From IMG/VR virus record IMGVR_UViG_3300043803_002450: DNA of 64,000 nucleotides. One strand, written 5' to 3'. The position numbers and the translations under genes were made by a program. The DNA comes from an uncultured virus (IMG/VR IMGVR_UViG_3300043803_002450). Its lineage: Duplodnaviria; Heunggongvirae; Uroviricota; Caudoviricetes. Shown here piece by piece: positions 27,431 to 35,610 of this stretch. Each line of letters begins with the position of its first letter. The first letter of the stretch is position 1. The notes beneath the pieces were generated by a model, which saw nothing but the letters and a program-made list of their open reading frames with translations, did no database searches and was not told the DNA's origin.

Positions 27431-27613
27431 GTGAAAATGACAAACATTAACCTATCGTTTGAAGAGCTTTCTTTCCTTTGCGCTCTTTTAACGGCAGACA
27501 GACAAACTGCCCTCCAATTACTTGCCGCTGAGCATGCGTATCGTCCTTCGTTGCTTCCCAAGTTAGAAGATGCGCATAAAAAGCTAAAGCGCAAGAAGAT
27601 GGGACAGCAGTAA
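27431..27613 (+). CDS. Hypothetical protein
   Basis: Short ORF after TerL. Confidence 0.5.
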   Translation: MKMTNINLSFEELSFLCALLTADRQTALQLLAAEHAYRPSLLPKLEDAHKKLKRKKMGQQ

Positions 27614-27634
27614 ACTGGAGAAAATGTTATTCCC

Positions 27635-27871
27635 ATGGTTCTCTCCGCTGCTGCCGAAGACGCCCTTGCCTGGGCGATGAAAGCGGCCGAGGCCGTGGAA
27701 GAGGCGGGCAAGAATTTTGGCCCTCTCAGTGAAGAAAGCCGCTTGGCAAAAGCCGCTTACGAACACCTTCTGGAAGATTATCGTTCGCTCGCTGGCAACG
27801 AAAGCGATTATTGGCAGAAGCGCTGCAAAGACTGTCCCGATTGCGCTGGCTGCAAGGACTACGACGCCTAG
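27635..27871 (+). CDS. Hypothetical protein with Cys-rich C-terminus
   Basis: YWQKRCKDCPDCAGCKDYD ending. Confidence 0.6.
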   Translation: MVLSAAAEDALAWAMKAAEAVEEAGKNFGPLSEESRLAKAAYEHLLEDYRSLAGNESDYWQKRCKDCPDCAGCKDYDA

Positions 27872-27873
27872 CC

Positions 27874-28002
27874 ATGGTCTGCTTGTGCTACAGCCTCCAT
27901 GGCAAGAGGCATGAGCTCAGGGTGCCATTTCATGAGGCTCGTTACGCCAATAGAAGGCTGTTCGCGGAAGGGGCTGCCGTCTACTGGAGCTTCTTTTGTT
28001 AG
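27874..28002 (+). CDS. Small hypothetical protein
   Basis: ATG 2 nt after previous stop; 42 aa. Confidence 0.45.
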   Translation: MVCLCYSLHGKRHELRVPFHEARYANRRLFAEGAAVYWSFFC

Positions 28003-28030
28003 CAAGCCCTGAAATAGTGCTATGCTTCTT

Positions 28031-28117
28031 GAGCTTTCTGCAGAAGCCCGTTGGCCAACGGAGCCATTCTCGTAATGGCGCAAGCCAGTATCCTTGTCAA
28101 TGCTGGCTGTTTTTTTT
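28031..28117 (+). ncRNA. Candidate small RNA (tandem hairpins ending in terminator)
   Basis: Extended -10 TGCTATGCT at 28018-28026; palindrome CCGTTGGCCAACGG; hairpins GCCATT/AATGGC and AGCCAGYAT/ATGCTGGCT followed by T7. Confidence 0.45.
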
Positions 28118-28161
28118 GGGATTCCGTCCCTTCAAGCGAGTTGAAGCGCTTGAGCCGATGG

Positions 28162-28259
28162 GGCAGAGTGTCAGGGCCGCACCCTGTTGATTCCCTATTG
28201 CGGGAACCCTCTGCCTTTTGCCTCTTCTGGCGAAGCCGGTTCGATTCCGGCACGAGGCG
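28162..28259 (+). ncRNA. Candidate structured RNA: three-way junction followed by tRNA-like acceptor+T-arm minihelix
   Basis: GGCAGAG/CTCTGCC enclosing CAGGG/CCCTG and TTCCC/GGGAA; then GCCTC...GCCGG-TTCGATT-CCGGC...GAGGC. Confidence 0.45.
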
Positions 28260-28274
28260 TGATAGGCTTTATTT

Positions 28275-28326
28275 ACGTTTGCCCCTTGCGGGGTGCATGA
28301 AAGCCATCCAGGAAACGGGGGATGGG
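28275..28326 (+). promoter_or_regulatory. Glutamine-II (Downstream-peptide)-like riboswitch
   Basis: P1 CGTTT/AAACG, P2 GCCCC-TTGC-GGGGT, pseudoknot CCATCC/GGATGG; -10 TGATAGGCT just upstream; short peptide downstream. Confidence 0.7.
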
Positions 28327-28344
28327 GACCATGGAGAAACGCCC

Positions 28345-28446
28345 GTGAACAAGCTCATGCTTGTGAAGCTGCAGCTCCTGAAAGCCGCGAGGCTTCATCA
28401 GGCGCAGTTAGCTTCAATCTATGGCTACCGCCCTTGTGTAGCCTGA
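28345..28446 (+). CDS. Riboswitch-linked peptide (DUF4278-like), 33 aa
   Basis: GGAG SD then GTG; MNKLMLVKLQLLKAARLHQAQLASIYGYRPCVA resembles cyanophage downstream peptides as recalled. Confidence 0.65.
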   Translation: MNKLMLVKLQLLKAARLHQAQLASIYGYRPCVA

Positions 28447-28449
28447 AGA

Positions 28450-28608
28450 CTACACCCAGCCGCTCTTGTCAATCTGACAGGGGCGGTATTTTTGTCCGCG
28501 ATAGACAAGCCAGCGAGAGGGCAAGTGCAGCAGATTCCACCAGTCCGAAAAAGCTTGGTGCTCTTCTTCAGCCCAATAGGGAACACCTCGATACACAAGC
28601 AAGGTCAT
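28450..28608 (-). CDS. DUF4278-like YRG-motif peptide, 52 aa (absent from the ORF track)
   Basis: MTLLVYRGVPYWAEEEHQAFSDWWNLLHLPSRWLVYRGQKYRPCQIDKSGWV, two LxYRGxxY motifs. Confidence 0.8.
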   Translation of the reverse strand: MTLLVYRGVPYWAEEEHQAFSDWWNLLHLPSRWLVYRGQKYRPCQIDKSGWV

Positions 28609-28634
28609 GGCTAAACAAGCGATGCCCCCTTAAT

Positions 28635-28832
28635 CTATCTTCCCTCTTGTTTATGAATGTAAGTTTTTAGTTCGTGGAGATACTGTCGCAACATTTCCGC
28701 TTTCTCTAAGTGCCAAGGATCACGGTGGAGAAAGTAAAGCTCCATGTGGTTATCAATAGCTTTTAAGCAGTTATGAATGGGCGCGTTCCAGCGCGAGCGA
28801 ACTGGCGTGTTAAACGTCCGACGCTCGTCCAT
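28635..28832 (-). CDS. Hypothetical protein
   Basis: 65 aa, overlaps phosphoesterase stop; coherent helical sequence. Confidence 0.6.
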   Translation of the reverse strand: MDERRTFNTPVRSRWNAPIHNCLKAIDNHMELYFLHRDPWHLEKAEMLRQYLHELKTYIHKQEGR

Positions 28833-29370
28833 TGGCTTTGAAATAAGCCTTGATGTCCTCTAATGCTACTGGCTCAAAGTTGTTTCTCTCAAGGCAAGCG
28901 TTGAAATATCTCGTGTCCACTTGTCCGTCGCTTGTGTTTACAAGGTGACAATGAAGATGGCCGTGGACGTTGCCTCGATAATGGCCAACAATGCCGCCAG
29001 GATGCACTGGAATATGGGTGAAGATAAGTCCGCCAAGCATGGTGCTGTCACCATGGTGAAAATATGCTCCGCGAATGTCGTCGAAATACTGAAGATAGAG
29101 CTTGGCTGGCAGACGGTCGTGGTTTCCAGCAATCAATACTTTCCTTCCATTGAAATGTTCCAAAAGCCTTAAGGCTGTGTTGGAAAACGCCACATCGCCA
29201 AGCACATAAACATTGTCCTTCTGGTGGACCTTTTTGTTCCAGCGTTCTCGCAGCTCTTCGTGCATCTCCTCGAGCGAAGAAAAAGGACGCATTGGGGAGC
29301 CGTCTGGCGCGTCGAAGTCCAGGATCTTGGAATGGCCAAGATGCAAGTCTGATGTGACAAAGGCGCTCAT
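28810..29370 (-). CDS. Calcineurin-like metallophosphoesterase
   Basis: SDLHLGH, LGDV, GNHD, THIP, NVHGHLH motifs. Confidence 0.9.
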   Translation of the reverse strand: MSAFVTSDLHLGHSKILDFDAPDGSPMRPFSSLEEMHEELRERWNKKVHQKDNVYVLGDVAFSNTALRLLEHFNGRKVLIAGNHDRLPAKLYLQYFDDIRGAYFHHGDSTMLGGLIFTHIPVHPGGIVGHYRGNVHGHLHCHLVNTSDGQVDTRYFNACLERNNFEPVALEDIKAYFKANGRASDV

Positions 29371-29375
29371 GATGA

Positions 29376-29576
29376 TCAATGCTTTTCGTAAATAACCTTG
29401 CGCTCTACGTCTGAAGGCGCATTGTCAAGGTCTTCCAAGTGTTTCAATGCCGCCTCGAAGCTCAGGAAAGACGATCCACGGATTTCCCACCACCACCACA
29501 CGCGCTCTTCCACGTCAAAGACTGGTTCCCATGGACGGACACAGGAAGGTCGCTGCCTAATGCGAAACCGAGCCAA
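29376..29576 (-). CDS. Hypothetical protein
   Basis: 66-aa ORF in operon with the phosphoesterase. Confidence 0.55.
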   Translation of the reverse strand: MARFRIRQRPSCVRPWEPVFDVEERVWWWWEIRGSSFLSFEAALKHLEDLDNAPSDVERKVIYEKH

Positions 29577-29615
29577 TGCAGGAAAAGCGGGGCCTCCAAT
29601 GTAGCAAAAGACGAA

Positions 29616-29685
29616 GGGCTCCTCCAGGAATCGAACCTGGCATTCCAGGCTATCTACCTGACGTGTAAGCCTACACTAAGGAGCA
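29616..29685 (-). tRNA. Non-canonical tRNA-like gene (central triplet GAT, nominally Ile); possibly pseudo-tRNA
   Basis: Cloverleaf TGCTCCT-TA-GTGT-AGGCTT-ACAC-G-TCAGG-TAGATAG-CCTGG-AATG-CCAGG-TTCGATT-CCTGG-AGGAGCC-C. Confidence 0.6.
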
Positions 29686-29739
29686 AGAACGGTCCTCAGC
29701 ATGGCAAGTGCCAAGTTCAGACCGCAGGGTCACTATAGC

Positions 29740-30480
29740 TCAAGCCCATCCATAGGAAGGCAGGCTAGTGTTGGGAGCCTCAAAGAACGATGGCATTCGG
29801 CTTCGCTGCGTGTCGGCAAGCTCTTCTGCCTTGCCACGTTCAAACAAGTTGTCGCTTTGACGCAGCCAGAAATCTTTATCAAGCCATTTGTTCTCGTTCT
29901 TGTTAAGCTTGTCAAAGATCCATAGGGCAGTGGCACGACGAAGCTGATTCAGGCTTTGCCCAGCATTCTCGTTCAATTCACGGGCCACGAGGCTATGCAC
30001 TCCTACGTGAGTGATTTCATCGCGACTAATGTCGGCACTGACAGTGCGAATGCCAATGTCACCATTAAATCGGAAAAAGGGCAGGATTACGAAGAACAAA
30101 CTACGCTCCAATACTGAAGCCTTCAAGATGGGGTGGGCGGGATGGTCATTCCAAGCCTTCAGTATGTTCATTACTTCTTTCTCTGCTTTTTCGTCTACGC
30201 CGTGAGCAGCAGCCACGTAATTAAGAGCCTCATCATGGCGGGCCTCGTCCTCTTGGTTATGAATCAAAGCCTGCACCACGCCAGGAGTAGAAGGAAGATC
30301 GCGCTCAAGACCCTGCTGAAGAAAATCCTTGACGGGCAGTTCCAAATGGCGCAGGGCAAGGGCTCTGAATAAAGTTTCTTCGCTCCCGTCAACAAGCATT
30401 CCCCTGTCCACGGGCACGGCCTGCCAAGGGCGCTTTTTGGCGATCATTGACAAATAAGGCGAGTTTTCGACGGCGACCAT
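29740..30480 (-). CDS. nrdB: Ribonucleotide reductase small (beta), ferritin-like subunit, cyanophage type
   Basis: DEARH and DEITH metal ligands; directly downstream of the alpha subunit. Confidence 0.75.
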   Translation of the reverse strand: MVAVENSPYLSMIAKKRPWQAVPVDRGMLVDGSEETLFRALALRHLELPVKDFLQQGLERDLPSTPGVVQALIHNQEDEARHDEALNYVAAAHGVDEKAEKEVMNILKAWNDHPAHPILKASVLERSLFFVILPFFRFNGDIGIRTVSADISRDEITHVGVHSLVARELNENAGQSLNQLRRATALWIFDKLNKNENKWLDKDFWLRQSDNLFERGKAEELADTQRSRMPSFFEAPNTSLPSYGWA

Positions 30481-30554
30481 TCTTGATAGTGCGATGGGAA
30501 GGGAATGAAAAAGGGGGAGTAAGTCCCCCTTATGAACGAATTGTGGAGAGTTTT

Positions 30555-32003
30555 CTATTCGGCACAAGCGCTGCAAAAACCAGCATCCAGGCCGCAAGAG
30601 ACAGCCTCTCCCTCGACCTCGTTGTCATCGAGGCCAAACATAGTCTTGAAGGAGTCGTCCAATGCCGCGTAGGCATCGTCTTTGCGCTGCGTATCTGGCA
30701 GAACTTGCAGCGAGTAGTAAAGACTGGTTTGCGGCGAGGCGAGCCAGTCTTTCAGGAACTTGCGGTCGTAAACAACCACGTCGCTCCAGCTATTAAAACT
30801 GTAGCCATGGAAAAGGCCTGTTTGCTGGTACAGTCGAACCAATTCACTGGCAACGGTTAAATAACTGGACCAGCCTACTTCGCCTGCGATTTCTACTTCT
30901 CCATAGTCAAAACTTTCCACTCCGAAAGTGCCGGAATCCCGGTCAACAAGGCGTCCAATGGGAGGGGCGATTTCAGGGGTGGTAGTGAAACCTGCTTTGT
31001 CGAGATAGCGGTAGGAGCAAGATGCCGTGGGAGCAATGCAAAAGGCACGATGCATGCCATGCTCGCGAGCAATCTTTGCTGCAGCCTCAATGCCATCACG
31101 AATGGCTGCTGCAGCCCTTCCTGCGGGCTTTTCATGCCAATGGTGGCACCAGGGATGGGGATCATCGTCATTCAGCGCTTCCAAGGCCTTGCCGAAATCT
31201 TCGTAAGAGATGCCATGGAGGGCGAGGAAATTGGCAAGACCAAGCATGCCAAGGCCCACCTGTTTGTCAATGCAAGGGGAAAGGTATTCGCCTGTGTCAC
31301 CAACCCCTGTGTCTCCGTGAAGCTCGCATAATTGCTTCATGCCCTCAATAAAAGCATCCTCTACCTCGTCGATGCCACAAGCACCCATGTTGACGTGCTG
31401 AAGAAGACAAGTGCCACGGTGAGGAAGATAAACTTCGAGGCAGACATTGGCACGGATGCGCTTTCCTTCTTGATCGTACCGAATTTTGTTGAGCCAAATG
31501 TCGCCAGAGGCAATGCCTTTCAAAAGCTCGTCAACTAACTCTTGCGAGACATTGTTAAGAAAATTCTCGTCCACATTGACACACCTCTTCACCCATGGCA
31601 GTTCCTGCCTGGAGGCTTTGATGAAATCAAGAATGTCAGGATGCGTATAGTCCAAATGCAAAACTACAGCGCCGTTTTTGTAGCGTCCGCCTCTGCGAAG
31701 AATTTCATTCAGCGTGGAATAAATCTTGCCAAAGCTGATGGGGCCACTAGCCACAAGTCCCTTTCCGTTTTCTTCTCCCTTGCCACGCAGTTCTGATAAA
31801 TGCACCGCCACGCCTGCACCGTTGCGCAAGCCATGAGAAACAAAACGCCACGATGCTTCAATGCCGTTTTCCCCTTCCATTGAATCTTCCACCACGAACA
31901 CCGTGCAACTCACTGGCAATCTGCCATCCGCTTCGTCCATCCAGCTTTGAACTCGCCCTGTGCGGGCAATCTTTTCACATTTCGCTTGTTCCTTGAGCTT
32001 CAT
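30555..32003 (-). CDS. nrdA: Ribonucleotide reductase large (alpha) subunit, compact cyanophage type
   Basis: PVSCTVF, NVCLE catalytic loop, TCLL, IAPTASCS, TSLYY, C-terminal CSAC. Confidence 0.9.
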   Translation of the reverse strand: MKLKEQAKCEKIARTGRVQSWMDEADGRLPVSCTVFVVEDSMEGENGIEASWRFVSHGLRNGAGVAVHLSELRGKGEENGKGLVASGPISFGKIYSTLNEILRRGGRYKNGAVVLHLDYTHPDILDFIKASRQELPWVKRCVNVDENFLNNVSQELVDELLKGIASGDIWLNKIRYDQEGKRIRANVCLEVYLPHRGTCLLQHVNMGACGIDEVEDAFIEGMKQLCELHGDTGVGDTGEYLSPCIDKQVGLGMLGLANFLALHGISYEDFGKALEALNDDDPHPWCHHWHEKPAGRAAAAIRDGIEAAAKIAREHGMHRAFCIAPTASCSYRYLDKAGFTTTPEIAPPIGRLVDRDSGTFGVESFDYGEVEIAGEVGWSSYLTVASELVRLYQQTGLFHGYSFNSWSDVVVYDRKFLKDWLASPQTSLYYSLQVLPDTQRKDDAYAALDDSFKTMFGLDDNEVEGEAVSCGLDAGFCSACAE

Positions 32004-32008
32004 AAGAC

Positions 32009-32030
32009 ACAAAAAGCCCGCCTAGCGGGC
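32009..32030 (-). terminator. Intrinsic terminator upstream of nrdA
   Basis: GCCCGC-TAG-GCGGGC followed by TTTTT on minus. Confidence 0.55.
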
Positions 32031-32076
32031 CAGCGATTAACTAAAGCAGACTAGCGCAAAATCCTTGGTTCTTTTC

Positions 32077-33366
32077 CTAGTCACAAAGCCCTTCAGGATC
32101 GCTTCCACTTTGTGCGTCCTTGGCAAATAGAACTGCTTCTGGCTTGGTCTTGAAATAGTGCGGCTTGCCTTCGTAAGCAATGAACCAAGAAAATCCTGGG
32201 CGGCTATGAACTGGCCACACTTTTATGGTGCCTGCCATGAAGGGAGCTGGAAGGTCATCAAACATCAAAATGCCCCAGTCTTTCAATAAGACTAGGGCAA
32301 AACAATGGAAAGAAAAAGAAGCAATTGTTACTTAATGACGCCTGGTTTTACAAAAGGACCAAAACATTCCGCCAAAGTATCAAAAACAGGACCGGAATAA
32401 CCTTCTTTAATAAACTGCTTATGCAGCCAGTTGTAAATGATGCCCATGGTTAGGTCAACAGCTTCCTCTGGACACGATCCATGTTGTCCCTCGAGCAGTT
32501 GCTCCATGACGGCACAAACCTGGTCAAACACTGTCATTTCCTCTTCTTCTTTTCCCTCCTGCTTTTCAGCGTCACGCATGGCGGCAAGGTAGCCAAAAGC
32601 AGCAGCAGTGGCCATGTCCTTACAAATGGAGAAGCCTGCAAAGCGTTTCTTCAGGGCGGGAAGCTCAGGACTGCTTGAATGGTCCATGGCCAAGGCAAAC
32701 AGCTCTTCGTCGAAAGGCATGGTGAAGGTCACCAATCAGGATACGAGCAGGGTAGCTGGTTCTCGCCTTTTGTCAACTCCCAGCTCATGAGGTCCATTTG
32801 GTGGCCTTGCTGACGCGCTAGCACTCCCGGCCTGTAGAAACAGGTTTTTGTTGGCTTAATGGTCTTTTCAAGCTCTCGCACTGCTTTATCCCAGGAGCGT
32901 TCTGAAGGCACATACACCCTCCATAGTTCTGTCACCTGCACGTAGTCGCAGCGGCTGTCTTTATAGGCCATGGCAATGGGAAAGGGGGTCAGTCTAGGCC
33001 GGCTCCCGGCTTGAGCGAACGACAACGACTTGATGCGGGAGCGGGGCGAGGAGCAGCAGAGGGACTCTGTGGCTGCAAGGGCAGCCTCAGGGCTCGCTTC
33101 TTAATGGTGGCGATGGAAAGGGAATAGAGCGTATCGCCTGCCTTTACCAGGGGACCATCACGCTTGCACAGCTCTTCCAGGAGCCTGCGAAGCTTCCCTT
33201 CGTCTTTCCTTTCAATTGTTAAACAATTCTTTATTTGCAGAAAGGACACAGCAATGGCTCCCTCTTCCATAGAGGAAGAAATCAAGGTCACCACTGCTTC
33301 TTCGTTCACCTGCCTCTTAAAACTCCCTTGAGAATACCCCCTAAAAAACCCGCGTTCGAGCCACAA
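32077..33366 (-). other. Cluster of four short hypothetical genes (32077-32286, 32328-32735, 32729-32971, 32989-33366)
   Basis: Consecutive same-strand ORFs with small gaps or overlaps. Confidence 0.5.
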
Positions 33367-33800
33367 CCCCCTCTACAATATGCTTATGGCGCAGCGTATG
33401 TCTTCTGACAGGCAACGCAGCCACGAAAGGACCGTCACGAGCAGCTCAGCTCCCTTCGCTAGAGCCGCTTCGAGCGGGAGCCCCCAGCGGCTTTTGCATA
33501 GCGGCTCTTCTCAACAACCCTCCTCTCGACTGTTTTCTTTTAAGAAACCTTCGCCAGGAGCCCGTTACGAGAATTAGCCCCAAGCGAACGTTCATAGGGC
33601 TCCCTCTTCACCACCTTCCTTTCAATTCTTCTTTTTCCGGCGAGAGCGTTAGTAAAAGCTGCTGATCGTGTGCGCAGCCACCCTCTGAAAGAAAAAAAAT
33701 CAATACTCTAAAAAAGCAGAAGAAAGCCCCCTGTGACTGAGCTCGCTTGAGGCTCGCTTGCGCGAAGGGGGCTTAAGACAATGGCAAAGAAAATGGTCTT

Positions 33801-33861
33801 TTTACGAACAATACGAGCAATTTACGAACGTGCAGGTAAGTTTATGAACAATGTTCGTAAA
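33801..33861. repeat. Three TTTAYGAAC direct repeats at exact 20-bp period plus one inverted copy
   Basis: Copies at 33801, 33821, 33841; TGTTCGTAAA at 33852. Confidence 0.75.
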
Positions 33862-34167
33862 GGCGTAGTGTCCTCACTCCCTTGCGCAAGCTTTAGATCG
33901 TTCGGACAGTACGCACTAGCCTCCTCCCATTGGGAAAATGATAAAGAGGGGAAAATGTCGTTCAAAAATTACGTCGCTTTTAAGAGGGGTATCCCGCGCC
34001 CGTCGTCGAATGGGGTCCTTGTTACTGCGCTGTGATAAGGATTCTTGATCGATCAGCGGTTCTGATGCGTTACATTGTCAGGATTTGCTGACTTTCATGG
34101 GGATTCTCCCTCTCCAAACCATAAAGATAGGCGCCCACTATAAAGTAGGCGCCCAACTGTTCACAGC

Positions 34168-35076
34168 CTAAGCAATACAAAAGGCCCTTTTATCGGCGTC
34201 AGTGTAGCTGATACCGTGGGGAAGCTTAAACCTTAAGCCAACAATCCAACCGGTAGGATCAAACGGCCTGAAGTCTGACAAATCGCCATCATAGACGGGC
34301 AAAAGACGCCCAGTTTGTTGATCAGTGGGCAAAAGATTAAAGGCTGTGACATCAACAAAGGGAGGCAGTTCTTGACCGCGCTTTAAGTTAAAAGCGGCCG
34401 CTACGTTAATGCCATTCTGCAAAGCATCGCGGCAAAGTTTAACATTTGCGGCATTTTCCCAACCGTCAAAGCTGAACGTTAGATGATAGCCGAGCCGCCT
34501 ACATTCCGCCCAGTTACGCTTGATTTTAGTGTAATCATAGAACTTTACACTTAGGCTAGGATTATCTGCCATTAGGCAATTAAACAGCTCAAAGATATTG
34601 CGCTGGCCAATAGGCAGCTCATGGCCAAACTTACGGCGGCAGAATGTAGAAAATTCAGCGTCAACCGTAAAGTCTACATTCTCCCACACTATATCAGACG
34701 TTCCATTCAGCCTGAGAGCAATAGGAGCGCCGCTATTCTTGTTAACTTTGTCGAGAATAGCGCAAACAAGCAAACGGGCGAACCGCCGTTTGTCTGCAGA
34801 GAATGCTAGGGTGCGCCTAATTCTGGCGGCTTGTTTGTTTGTCATGTAGACGGGATTCCCGGCGAAGTGTAAACAGATCTTTTTACAATTACCAGCACCG
34901 GGGCAAACGTTGATGCCTGACGTATCGGCCGGGGACAAATGCAGAATGTAGGTTTGAACGTGGCTCTTTTCAGTTTTAGGATTTGTCGACAACAAAGTCT
35001 TGTGATCAATCCTATATTGTTTGGCCATGGATGCCAGATTGGCCGGAAACTTAGCGCGCGAATTAAGAGTTTGCAT
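34168..35076 (-). CDS. Gp88-like phage protein, probable Fe-S / radical-SAM-like fold
   Basis: CPGAGNCKKIC, RLNGTSD, FYDYTK, YHLTFS, GDLSDFR..D...IVGL..K motifs. Confidence 0.8.
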   Translation of the reverse strand: MQTLNSRAKFPANLASMAKQYRIDHKTLLSTNPKTEKSHVQTYILHLSPADTSGINVCPGAGNCKKICLHFAGNPVYMTNKQAARIRRTLAFSADKRRFARLLVCAILDKVNKNSGAPIALRLNGTSDIVWENVDFTVDAEFSTFCRRKFGHELPIGQRNIFELFNCLMADNPSLSVKFYDYTKIKRNWAECRRLGYHLTFSFDGWENAANVKLCRDALQNGINVAAAFNLKRGQELPPFVDVTAFNLLPTDQQTGRLLPVYDGDLSDFRPFDPTGWIVGLRFKLPHGISYTDADKRAFCIA

Positions 35077-35080
35077 GATT

Positions 35081-35107
35081 AGAAAGAAAGAAAGAAAGAA
35101 AGAAAGA
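35081..35107. repeat. (AAAG)6 microsatellite in the 5' leader of the Gp88-like gene
   Basis: AG(AAAG)6A, ending 4 nt before the ATG on minus. Confidence 0.9.
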
Positions 35108-35610
35108 TTAAAAAGAAAGGAAGCCTAGAAAGATTCGCTCGGTTCGTCCCATGCCACACGGTGACCCTTGACGGTTTGCCTGTATTGGATCGGCGGCAGA
35201 GAAGCCCCACGGCCGCTTGTGGGAGGCAGTGGCGGCATGGTCTCGCCAGGAAGAACAGGGCGGCGCCATTGCGGCCGATCGGCTGGGAGGCCATTAGGGC
35301 CCATGGCCCAGAAGCCTAGAAGCTGGGAATCGTTGGTTTGCATGGTTTGGCGGGATTGTGGGATGTCGGCCGATCGCTCGTCCGATGCCACGAAGCATAC
35401 CGGCAGGAATGGCGCAACGTATCGGCAAAGTGTGCCGGTTTAAAAAGCGGCCACTAACCAGCGCCGTTGTGTTGACAGCATGGGCGCCCATAGGGTAGGC
35501 GCAGCAAACCGGCAGACAATGGCACCAGATAAAGGATCCGCGCACGCGCGCGCGCCTACCATGAGACTGGCGAGACTGCGCAAGTCTTTACATTTGGTCA
35601 CAATGGAGCG

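Noticed and set aside
28220..28259. tmRNA gene
   Set aside because: No G3:U70 alanine acceptor, no CCA and no tag reading frame or permuted partner found
33380..34035. Short ORFs 33380-33577 and 33781-34035
   Set aside because: Low-complexity translations overlapping repeats and hairpins; more likely non-coding control DNA
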